The notes beneath the pieces are model-generated. The model saw nothing but the letters and a program-made list of their open reading frames with translations, was not told where the DNA came from and made no database searches. Below are positions 13,641 to 25,144 of a stretch of 64,000 nt of DNA, piece after piece. Source of the DNA: Hypanus sabinus (taxonomy: Eukaryota); NCBI RefSeq assembly GCF_030144855.1, contig NC_082727.1, positions 52,390,001-52,454,000 of the forward strand, given 5' to 3'. The translations under genes and the position numbers were made by a program. The stretch's first letter is position 1, and the number at the start of each line of letters is the position of its first letter.

Positions 13641-14377
13641 CAGTGGATTCCAGTTAATTGGGCCATTAGCTAATTGGGACAGCAATTTATTTTGGACACC
13701 ATGCCATTTAATTGGGGCAGGGGCACGGTGCTGAACAGTTTCTAGCTCCCATCAGCCATGTGTATTTGCGTGGCTGTTAGACACTACACCGTGTATAGAG
13801 CGATCAGTTTTTAAATAGTAGCAGTATTTGTGTTCAAAATGCAGTGAATGTTGTCATTGATTGTTGACAAGAAACAGGCAGTAAGGCAGTTTGGAACTAC
13901 TTTGTTCACCACAGTTTCAAGTGTTCAGGTTTGGAGATGCCAGAACAGCTGGGAGTGAAAATGAACCGATTTTGTTACTTTAACAAGTTAAGAATTACAA
14001 AGGTATTGACAACAATCATCTTGAACGTTACAATGAAAAAAAAATTGGAGAGAGGATGCAATCATTGAAGGCATTGTATGAAGGCAGTCCATTATCTGCA
14101 CTAGGTGTTTGCACTGATTTTGTTCATTTACAATCAATCAGAAGAACACAGCAGATGAATTCCTCCATCGATAATTATTAAGAATACACAGCTTTATAGT
14201 ACTGTAGAGTTATTGGTAATGTTCTTATTTGTTCTGTATTTCATTTAAATATATAAATTGTTACTTTGTTAAACAGTGGTTTAACTATTTACATGAAACT
14301 TCTGCTAACTGGGGCAGCTGCTTAATTGGGCCAAAATGTACTGGTCCCAATATGACCCAAATAACCGGAATCCACTG
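13641..14377. mobile_element. pogo/Tigger-like non-autonomous DNA transposon
   Basis: TA|CAGTGGATTCCAGTTAATTGGG ... CCCAAATAACCGGAATCCACTG|TA terminal inverted repeats with TA TSD; subterminal TTAATTGGG repeats. Confidence 0.85.
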
Positions 14378-16469
14378 TATATTCTTCAAAATCTTTTAAC
14401 TCTACCTTTGTAGATCCTTAAATGTTATTCCATATTAAGTGTTATCAATCCCTTGTGGCCAGAATTATCAGAAAAAATGAAAATTCTTTATCAAATATAA
14501 CAAATGACAGCAATTAAATAATAGGATGCATGAGATGGATAAGCACTGAGACACAATTGTTAACAGAAAATGAGGCAAGAGAGGAAGTTGTCATCCAAAA
14601 GTAGTTATTTTGTTATTCCAGATAAGGGTTTATGATATCAGGTACAGTATTTTACAGTTTTATGTCGCCTTCACTACCACAAGAGAATACAGCTTAATTA
14701 GAATGAGTCTATATCCTTTTATAACAACTTAAATTCGGAGAAGCATCATTACTTATTCTTGGATTCTTAAGGGAATTTGGCTTTGACAATCAATACATTT
14801 CTTTACAAAAGAAAAATAAGTTTTTGACCTAACAGAAATGCAATAATTTTCATGAGCTGGTGTTGAACTTTGTGACTCCCAAAGTTTGGATTTTGAACTG
14901 CCAGGTTCACCATAAAAGATTAATAAAGAAGGTTACTGCAGTTTTTAATGTTCATCATTTATAGCTCCATAGACAGAGCAACTTACTTTCATATTTGTTT
15001 AATTCCTATTAGTTATTGCAATGCAATTATATTACATGTCCTGAATATTTGTTAAAGATATTTTTTGATTAACTTTGATTAACTTGATATCTGTCAATGT
15101 TTCTAGATGTTTGACACAGCCTTAGCTTCAAAAGAAATATGAACTGATAAATGTAGGATTATGGACATTCTAAAAGCTGGTTTTGAGGTTGTTTGAACCC
15201 ACTGACACACTTTAGCTGTCAAAAAATAAAATCAGAATATTTGTGTATTAAAGAGATTTAGATAAAGCAACACCTTTAATCCTCACCCAATGCTAACCAT
15301 GATTATAAATAATACATACCCACCTCAATTAAATATAATGCTGATAATATCTGTGATAATCCATGAGAGATAATTATAAAAATAGCAAGTTATGGGTATA
15401 ACTTTAATATTAGGGTAAATATTTTTTCTATAAGTTTGCTAATTAATTTCAAATACAATGTGCCCCATGTTTGCATATGTATTATTCAGATAAGTGAATA
15501 ACACAGAATATGAAGCTCAAGGAAATAGCAAGGTGATTGTTCATGCTTCATCTAATGCTTTATGCTATTTATACCACAAATTTTGTATCTGTACATTGCA
15601 GAACATAATTTTCACTGCTCAAACATCGAGCATTGAATCTAATTTTGATGGTTTGAATTGAGGGCTAAATTGTGTCTAGGAGAATTGAAAAACTTTTATC
15701 TTCTCAGATAGTGGCTTAGTATCTTTTACAGCCACTAAGCTTCCAATAAATAATAAAAATAATTGAAAATAAACTATCGAAGAAGTTGGGTCAGAAGAAC
15801 ATGTTTAAACTATATACAACATATTTTTGAAGATATTGTTACCTTCCTCCGTGGTTTTTCTGTATTGTGAAGAAATATTAAAGCACAATTTGTAAATAAA
15901 TGAAGTATTAAATGATAATAAAATGTTACTAATATAGTTATTTTCTTTTGTTTTTGAAGTATATTTAGTGGTATTTCCTTCCACAGAACAAGCATTCTCA
16001 ATGCTTGACTTATGGTATGTTACATATATTTTTTGTTGTGATACGCACCTGACTGCCCCAGCTTCTGAGGTTGAGACACTCCAACTCTCTGAAATATATG
16101 GATAGCTGGCAAGGTCCCTTTAAAGACTCAGGCAACCCCACTAATTGGTGGCCATGTTTTGCTGCCAAGATTTCAATATTTAAAGAACATCTGAACTGTG
16201 GTTCAGTGCTCAATTGTTAACTCAACTTCAGATTCTCATTTAGTTTCTAGTTTAGATCCCTGTTCTCACCTCTGTTTTGTATCGTGACTCAGTTCTAATC
16301 TTGGATACACCAGCACTTGGGTCCTCGGTCTCTCATTAATTTTCCTCATTGGTTTGGAGATTTCTGTGAACTGATCTAATTTTGGGCATAGTACTGTCTT
16401 ATAGGTTCCTGAACTGACTTCACCAGTTTGTGCAAATTACTGTGGTGGGTTAGAATATCAAGGTGGAGA

Positions 16470-16630
16470 TACAGGAGACCACAGATGCTGGAATTGCAGA
16501 CGGAACTCAGCTGATCAAGTAGCATCTGAGGAGGGAAGTGGATGGACTAATGAAGAACCTTGACCTGAAATGTCAACTCTCCGCTGTCTGACCAGTTGAG
16601 TTTCTCTAGCATTTTGCTTTTTGCTCTCCA
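16470..16630. repeat. Short fold-back repeat related to Penelope-like element ends, degenerate hammerhead core
   Basis: CAGATGCTGGAA...ACTCAGCTGATCAAGTAGCATCT arm vs GCTGTCTGACCAGTTGAGTTTCTCTAGCATTTT arm; relatives at ~1205, ~38825, 43628, ~55862, ~61060. Confidence 0.55.
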
Positions 16631-16977
16631 ATTCTAAGTATTTTGACGATCTCTTTTAATTTGTAGTGGGAAGGTATGGTTGGCAAAAAACTAGTCACAC
16701 CACACTATTTTCGCAAGATCAGTTTTGTTATCATAAATAAAATCCAGTGTTTAAAAGTGCATTTAACTTGCAAATCACATAGGTTGTACCTTATGCAGTT
16801 ATGCAAATAGAAATTAGGAATAGGAAAATAATTTCTGTTTTTGCAGTGTTATCAAATGGTAGTAAAATGAAACATCATGTAATATATAACATCACTACAT
16901 GCATTAGCTAACCTATAGAGACAGCATCTTCTTGGGAAGGCATGAGTTGATTGTTTATACTTGTACTGAATCTTAAA

Positions 16978-17527
16978 GGCACTGTGCAAAAGTCTTAAGA
17001 CACATATATATACCTAGGATGCCTGAGACTTTTCTACAGTACCGTGGTAATTTTATGAATTGCACAGTACCACTGCCACACCAAAAAAAACAAATTTCAT
17101 GACATATGTGAGTCATGATAAACCTAATTCCAATGTGGGTCTCTGTTGTGGACTGACGGTGGGAAAGGGACAGGGAGAGGGGAATCATGGTTAAGAAAAG
17201 AGGAAAAGAGAAGGGAGGCAGTGGGAAGCAGAAAGACATTCTGTTATGATCAATAAACCATTTGCTTGGAATCAAATGACCTTGCCTGGTGCCTCAGGGC
17301 TGGATGTGTCTGCACCTATGTCACCACCCTCCCTGCCCGACAGTTCTTTCCTGCTACCTGTTTCACACACTTCCTGCAGCCCTCTGCCCTCATTACTCTA
17401 AGCATTCTTTGCTTCTGCCAGATTCACAAACTTACTCTGTGCTCCACATCAACAATTATAGTATGTAGTGTGCAAATGCCTTAGGCGCTCAACTATATAT
17501 ATGTGCCTTAGACTTCTGCAAAGGGCA
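16978..17527. mobile_element. Tc1/mariner-type MITE
   Basis: Imperfect inverted ends TGCAAAAGTCTTAAGACACATATATA / TATATATGTGCCTTAGACTTCTGCA; repeated internal copies of the TIR motif. Confidence 0.6.
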
Positions 17528-18652
17528 TGCCCTTTTCTCACTGTTGCCATTGGGTAGGAGGTACAGAAGCCTAAAGGCACACACTCAGCGATTCAGGAAC
17601 AGCTTCTTCCCCTCTGCCATCCGATTCCTAAATGTACATTGAACCTTGGACGCTACCTCACCTTTCTTTCTTTATCAATCTTCTTTATTAAGTTTCAAAT
17701 AGATAAACATAACAATGATAGTGATACAAAGAGATCAGGATTACATTAATAATGGTTAATATATACATAAACATACTCCGAGTAAAATGTGTAATCTAAG
17801 CCTCCCAATCTCTTAGTAACATGAAAAAGGTTCAAAGAAAAAAAATCCCCCTAAACTAACAAAAAAAAACCAATAAAAACAAAACAAAAGCTGGGCTGCC
17901 TTGGTTCATTGGTTAAAATCATTATTTGATTTTATATTTTATATAAAATCTATTTTATAGAGGACTCCGCTCCTCTATACACAAACAAAAAGTTATTAAG
18001 AAGGATTCAGAAAAGGTCAGTTTACATCATATGAAAATGTTGAATAAATGGTCTCCAGGTTTCTTCAAATTTAACCAAAGGATCAATAGTGCCATTCCTA
18101 ATTTTTTCCAAGTTTAAACATGTTATAGTTTGGGAAAACCATTGAAATATAGTAGGGGGATTAGAATCTTTCCATTTAAATACAATGGATCTTCTGGCTA
18201 TTAATGTAACAAATGCAATCAAACGGCAAGCTGTAGTGGATAATTGACTGGTGTCTATCACTGGTAATCCAAAAATTGGAGTAATAGGATGAGGTTGTAA
18301 ATCAATATGCAAAACTGCTGAAATAATATCAAAAATATTTTTCCAATATTTTTCTAAAAGAGGCCAAGACCAGAACTTATGTGTCAAGGAAGCTACCTCA
18401 GAATTACATCTGTCACAGACAGGATTTATATGGCAATAAAAATGAGCTAATATATATTATATATTTTCTAATATATAATATTTCTATTTTTTGCACAATT
18501 TTAATCTATTCATTATATGTATACGGTAATTTATTTATTATTATTTTATTTTGTTGTTCTTCTGTGTTATGTATTGCATTGAACTGCTGCTGCTAAGTTA
18601 ACAAATTTCACGTAACAGGCTGGTAATAAACCTGATTCTGATTCAGATTCAG
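17525..18652 (+). mobile_element. Rex/Babar-like LINE 3' end interrupted by an antisense L1 fragment
   Basis: GGAGGTACAGAAGCCT...AACAGCTTCTTCCCCTCTGCCATC and AATAAACCTGATTCTGATTC tail; other copies at ~29695-30120(-), ~34790-35512(+), ~48415-48830(-). Confidence 0.6.
17661..18430 (-). mobile_element. L1-clade LINE, 5'-truncated (ORF2 C-terminus and 3' UTR)
   Basis: ORF 18022..18387(-) HKFWSWPLLEKYWKNIF...LIARRSIVFKWK...FEETWRPF is an L1 ORF2 C-terminus; same family as 39832-41483. Confidence 0.85.
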
Positions 18653-19099
18653 TACTATATAAAGGTGAATTTCATACTGTTTAGTATGAGTGACTTGTCT
18701 ATTTTTCTTTCAAATGTTTTTTTGGCTTGTATGAACATTTATTTTGATTTTGCTCAATTGAGCATTTTGTTTCAAAACACCGTGTCAAGCGGCCTTTCTT
18801 CAGTCAATCTTCCTGTTCTCTACATCTCTGTTAACGGTCAGAAACCTTTTAGATTTTTTTTATCTGATTCAACATCTCAGTTCCCCTCCCTTTCTCTAGC
18901 TGCTTAGAATAAATCGCCCTGTTGCATCTTGGGACACCTTGTACATTAAGTAGATTCTGAAATTGAAAACAAAATATTAATATTGTTTATTCTACATCTG
19001 TTTATACTTTTGTTATGGTTAGCAAAATGCAGAATTTTTTCCCTAGCTATTGGAAGCAAATTATAGTAAGACCTTCTTTGAAAATAAAAACATTCAAGG

Positions 19100-20410
19100 T
19101 AACATACAGGTTAGACAAAGGAGAGCCAGTAAATGTTATTAACTTGGATTGTCAGAAGGCCTTTACAAGATGTTGCACATGAGGTTACTAAAGAAGACAA
19201 GATCTAGCATGGATAGAAGATTGGCTGACTGGCAGAAGGTAGAGAGTGGGGCTAAAGGGCTCTTTTCAGAATGGCTCCAATGACCAGTGGAGTTCTGCAG
19301 GGTAATCTGCAGGACTACAGCATTTCAATGGATGATCTGGATGAAAGAACTGATAGCGTTATGGCCAAGTTTGCAGACAATACAAAGATAGGTGAAAGGA
19401 CAGATAGTGGAGTCTGCAGAAGGACATGGGTTGGGAGAGTGGACAAAAAAGATGGAATACAATGAAGGGTTATGTAGTTTGGCAGAAAGAATAACATGCA
19501 GAATATTTTCTATATTTTTAGTTTTTCTTTAGAGACAGCACGGTAACAGACACTTGAGGCTGAAAAAGACTGCACTACCCAATTACACCTATGTGACCAA
19601 TTAGCATACAAACCAGTATATCTTAAGAATGTGGAGAAAGCTGGAAGACCTGGAGGAAACCCATGCATACATGGGGAGGACGTATGAATTCCTTACAAGC
19701 TAGCTGTGGAATTGAATCTGAGTCGCTGGTGCTATAATAATGTTAAGCTACGTAAATGCTGTGCTACCTTGCCATCCAATGCAGAGAGAATTCAGAAATT
19801 GGAGGGGCAAAGATACTTGAGTCCGAGTTCAGCATTGCCTTAAGATTAATTTGCAAGTTAAATCAGTAATAAAGAAGGCAAATGCAATGTTGGCATTCAT
19901 TTTGAGATGACTAAAATATAAAAACAAGGATGTGCTACTGATGCTTTTTAAGTTTTGGAATTTGTAATCAATTTTGGGCCCTTTCTCGAAGGAAAGATGT
20001 ATTGACTCAAGAAATTCCAGAGGTTTACAAGAATGATCCCAGAAATGAAATGCTTAACATATGAGAAGTGTTTAATGGCTTTAAGTCTGTACTTGATGGA
20101 GCTCAGAAAGATGAGGTGGGGGATCCCACTGAATAATGAAAGGCCTGGATAGACTGGATGTGAAGAGGACATTTTCTTTAGTAGGAAAGTCTAGGGTCCA
20201 AGAGCACAGGCTCAGAATAAATGGATATCTCCGTAATTCTTCAGAAATCCAATTTCTTCAGCTATGAAGGTCAGTTCATTGAGAATATTTAAGAGTTTGA
20301 TCTTGATTGTTAAAGTGGTTAAAGTTTACGGGGAGAATGCAGGAGATATGGTTAAAAAACAGCCATAATTGAATGGCAAAGCAAACTCGAATGGTCAATT
20401 GAAAGACTAA
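19100..20410 (+). mobile_element. Degraded CR1 LINE (RT region) with nested antisense SINE (~19520-19775)
   Basis: RT remnants (GVLQG, DDLDE, KFADNTKIG) and CR1 3' region. Confidence 0.75.
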
Positions 20411-21044
20411 GAGACTGCTACAAGAAACTAAATGGTTGAACTTTAAGAACAATTTCAATTCGTGAGAAAATATACAAGAGACTGCTAATCTCCAACAAAT
20501 ATATTGACAACTGCTAGTTATTTATTAAGAGCATTTGTGCAGATGTGTAACATAATAGAGATAACAGTTAATTATAACAAATGAATTTTGGTTTAATTAG
20601 ATCTCCTGATTGACAATTTAAAAAATGCTGTTTAGTGTTACAATTATTCAAAGTTGTTATATTCAACTAAGTTAAATCAAATTATAGGCTTAAATGAAAA
20701 GAATTTTAATCTCCAATTTGATTACAGAACACATTCTGCACTATTTTGTTCTTTATGAACAAGTGATATTCATAGCTCTTCTTGTAAAGCTGAGAATGAA
20801 CACACCTTCAAATGATTCTGAAGTCAACTGAAAGTAACTATAGCACTAATGATCAGAAATCAATTTTTCTGCAGTTGCAAATCTTCAGTGTGTTTACTTT
20901 TAAAAACTGCTATTCCAGATTTGCATGATCCAAAATGTGGCAAAGTATATTGTGGACTCAATTCCATTTGAGAGACACGACCATGAAAATCAGGTTGACG
21001 TTCCTGTTAATTTTACTGGTGCCAACTTTTGGATGAGTAATGTG

Positions 21045-21500
21045 TGGGTGATCTGTAAGTTTTTGTGTGTGAGAGAAGGTGTTGGTGGTTAAATGGTATT
21101 GTTGCTGTTCTTTTCTGCAAGGGTGGGGTGTTGGGGGTTTGATGTTATTGTTTATGGTCTTTTTGCAGGGAGGGGGTTAGGGGTTTGGGGGTTTTGATGT
21201 TCTAGCTGCCATTTTTCAATTGGGAAATCTGTTAGTTTTTATGCGAGGGAGGGGTTGGAGTTTGACGTTCTCACCACCATTTTCCTTGTGGATGATCTGT
21301 TAGTTTTTATACGAGGGAGGGGGTTGGGGTTTGGACTTTGAAGATCTCGACACCATTTTCTGTATAGATGATCTGTTAGTTTTTATGCAAGGGAGGGGTT
21401 GAGGTTTGGAGTTTGATGTTTCAGCTGCCATATTCTGTGTGGGTGATCAGTTAGTTTTTGTGTTTGTAAGTGGGTAGGGAGGTTCGAGATTTGCGAGTTT
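21045..21500 (+). repeat. Imperfect ~70-77 bp GT-rich tandem repeat inside a retroelement 3' UTR-like segment
   Basis: Recurring GATCTGTTAGTTTTTATGCGAGGGAGGGG...CCATTTTC units at ~21226, ~21294, ~21370, ~21445. Confidence 0.7.
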
Positions 21501-21629
21501 TGCTTCTTTTTCTTTATCCTGTGTGTGTGTGGGGGGGGGGGGGGAGTGGTCATTGATGCATTGATGTCTTTTTTTTCAACATCTCCCATTTTTTGTATTT
21601 CACGGCTATTTGGAGAAGATGAATATCAG

Positions 21630-23400
21630 AAATAGCAAATGAACTGAATAAATACTTTGCACCAGTCTTTATTGTGGAAAACACCAGCAGCATGCCAGAA
21701 ATTCGAGAGTATCGGGGGCCGAAGTGAATATAGTTACTTTTACTAAGGAGAGGGTGCTTGGGGTGCTGAAAGGTCTGAAGGTAGATAAATCACCTGGACC
21801 AAATGGATTACAGCACAGGATTCTGAAAGAAGTAGCTGAAAAGACTGTGGAGGCAGTGGTAGTGATCTTCCAAGAATCAAAAGATTCTGGAAATGTTCTA
21901 GAGGATTGGAACATCGCAAATGTCACCCACTATTTGGATTTTCAGAAGGCCTTTGACAAGGTGCCAAACATGAGACTGTTAAAAGCTCATGGTATTACAG
22001 GAAAGATACTAGCAGACAGAAGATTGGCTGACTGATGGAAGGCAAAGAATGGAAATAAAGGGTGCCTTTTCTGGTTGGCTGCCATTGACTAGTGGTATTC
22101 TGAAGGGGTCAGAGTTGGGTCTGGTAATTTTTACATTATATATCAAAGATCTGGATTACAAAATTGATAGCTTTGTGGCCAAGTTTGCAGACAATACAAA
22201 GGTGGAGAGCAAGTAGAGTTGAGGGACCAGGGATTTTGTAGAAGGACTTGGACAGATTAGGAGAATGGGCAAAGAAATGATAGATAGAATACAATGTAGG
22301 GAAGTGTAGGATCATGTACTTTGGTAGAAGGAAGAAAGGTGTAGACGATTTTCTAAATGGGGAGTGAACTCAGCAGTTGGAAGTGCCATGGTAGCATAGT
22401 GGTTAGTGCAATGCTATTACAGCTGAGGCATTCCAGAGTTTCGAGTTGAATCCCGTCACCATTCCGTACAGAGTTTCCGTACATCCTCCATATGGAATAC
22501 GTGGGTTTCCTCCAGGTCCTCCAGTTTCCTCCTAAAGGTCGGGCAGGTTGATTGGTCATTGTACACTGTCCAATGATTAGGATTAGGTTAGGGTTAACCG
22601 GGTTTGTCAGGGGTTGCTGGGGCAGCATGACTCGAAGGGTTGGAAGGGTCTACTCCGTGCTGTATCACTAAATAAATAAATAAGCACAATGACACTTGGG
22701 AGACTTAGTGCAGGATTTCCTAAAGGTTAACTTGCAGGTTGAGGTGGTAGCAAGGAAAATATATGGAATCCTAGTATTCATTTCTAGAGGACTAGAATAT
22801 AAAAAAAAATCAAGGATGTAATATTGAGGCTTTATAAGGAATTGGACAGACCATGTTTGGAGTATTATGAGCAGTTTTATGCCTCATATCTAAGAAAGGA
22901 TGTGCTGGTATTGCAGAGGGTCCAGAGTTTTACAAGAATAATCCCAGGAATAAAAGGGTTAATGTGTGAGGAGCTTCTGATGCCTCTGCCCCTGTACTTG
23001 CTGTAATTTAGCAGAATGAGGGGTTGTCATCGAACCCTATCAAATATTGAAAGTCCTAGACAGAATGAATGTGTCGAGGATGTTCCAGTTGTGGGTCTAG
23101 GACCAGAGGACACAACCATAGAAGGACATCCCTTTAGAACAGAGATGAGAAGGAACTTCGTTACCCACAGTGTAGTGTATCTGTGGAATTCATTGTCACA
23201 GATGGCTGTGGAGGCCAACTCATTGGGTATATTTAAAATGGAGGTTGATAGATACTTAATTATTAAGGGTGTCAAAGGTTATGGGGAGAAGACTGGAGAA
23301 TGCGATTGAGAGGGAAAATAAATCAGCCATGATGGAATGGCTGGGCCAACTCAATACACTAAATAGCTTAATTCTGCTCCTATGTCATATGGCCTTAACG
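21630..23400 (+). mobile_element. Degraded CR1 LINE with nested V-SINE (~22385-22683)
   Basis: LKVDKSPGPNG, YLDFQKAFDKVP, RLYKELDRPCLEY motifs; SINE has A/B boxes (GGTAGCATAGTGG, GTTGAATCC) and (TAAA)n tail. Confidence 0.85.
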
Positions 23401-23498
23401 TAACAAACAAAACATTTTCAGTGAGAAAGAGGTAAACACGTTAGTAACAATTTTCTGACTGTATTAACTGTATAAAATCATTACTGAGGGCAAACTTG

Positions 23499-23534
<36 letters not shown>
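23499..23534. repeat. Compound (AT)n(AC)n microsatellite
   Basis: Seen directly. Confidence 0.9.
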
Positions 23535-24026
23535 CCTGTAGGTAAAAAAAAGGCACAGAAAGGAGAGAGAAAGAGAGAAAGCCAATAATCAAAGTCATTA
23601 ATTCATGTCAGAAGGAAGTATTGGAATAAAGCCCAATACCCCCTCAGGAATAATCGCCTCAGGATGTTGAATCCTTTCACATGTAAATATTTTCTTTCAG
23701 TGGGTTACATCATCTCTTGTACAATTAATTAGGGATGATAGAAATGTTACTCATGCAGTCAATGGTTTTATAGAATCAGGGGGTTGTACAACAGAGAATC
23801 AGGCCCTTCACTCCTGTATCTATGCTGACCATGATGCTAACTATATTAATTCCACCTGACCGCTTTATTTCTATATCTCTCTCTATGCACTACTTATTCA
23901 ATTATCTGTCCAGGTGCCTTTTGAGTCTATTCACTTTCTTTAAGAGTTATCCGAACTCACAGAATCATGGAATTTACATGTCAGCACCATGTATCTCGGG
24001 AAAAGGTAATTTAGTCTATTATGCCT

Positions 24027-24872
24027 TGTTACGAATGTGCCACAACTCTGAGGGGCTGAAGGGTGCAAAATAGCCCCCTCCTTTTTGAGAATCACAAGAT
24101 CACTCTTAAGTCAGCTCAGGAGACCCAGGAAATGAGAGAAAGACATGCAGAATCCACAAAGAGTTTGGAATGTGTCCTGGCCTCCAAAAGGCGGAACCAT
24201 TGATACCGGCTTCGATGCATCGTACAGGATTCAATTGTGTATTGAATCCTGTACGATGCATCGAAGCCTGCAGGCAATGAACCGGTGGGTGGAGCAATTG
24301 CATCATCCCAACCTGATTGACGTCTGAAACCCTGTGAGTCAGGATAAAAGAGGGTCTGTGGGAACAGCCTCTCAGACGCACCAGAAGAAACGCTAGAACC
24401 CCTGTAAAAGCGTAATAGCAAAAGCCGGTGGAAACAGCCCACGTGCGTCCTTTTCCATTTACCTCGGAATTGGTGGGTCTTGCCATAGAAGAATGGTTTT
24501 AGCTAACAACAAAGGAAAATTCAGCCCCACCGACTCTCGAAGGATTGACCTCATAAAAGGAATGGGCAAGTTTAACTCTCTCTCTTGACTCCAACCAAAG
24601 GCTGCAGCCTACAGCTTAAATGAACTAAAGTGACTTTTATATTTCCATCGGACAATACATTATCCCCTAGACAACGATAGAGCTATTTCTTATTGATTAT
24701 TATTATACCCGCGCTTTTAGATTTAGTATTGATGACGTATATTATCTGTGTGTTTGCATTGATATTATTTTTGTGTATTTTATCAATAAATACTGTTAAA
24801 AATAGTACCATCAGACTTCAATGGACCTCTCTATCTTTGCTGGTAAGTGACCCAGTTACGGGGTACGTAACA
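24027..24872 (+). mobile_element. Solo LTR (same Gypsy superfamily, divergent subfamily)
   Basis: TGTTACG...GGGTACGTAACA termini; near-TSD GCCT/GGCT; shares CCTGATTGAC, GGATAAAAG TATA-like box and AATAAA with 60107-61035. Confidence 0.88.
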
Positions 24873-25144
24873 GGCTCTACTGGTGTTTTCAGATTTCTGA
24901 ATAATCCCAGTTTCCCAATACCTGTAAATAAACTGGGCAAAAGCAGTGATAATGGAATATTGCAATGTCAAAATTTGAAAACCTTTCAAATGAGGGTTTA
25001 ATCTTCACATTCAGGTGAACATTAAAATACTATAGTGCTATTTGAGGAATGGTAGGGATAGTGGCGAGTTGTAGTTTCATCAGCTTCATGTATCCCTTAA
25101 CAAATGCCTCAAACTGATGGTCTGGTTACTTCTTCCTTGCTGTA

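Noticed and set aside
22385-22470. tRNA genes at SINE heads (also ~38505, ~47833, ~29300)
   Set aside because: Only degenerate A/B boxes followed by SINE body and tail; no cloverleaf.
24106-24486. Overlapping ORFs sharing the peptide GFDASYRIQ on both strands
   Set aside because: Consequence of the DNA palindrome in the solo LTR.
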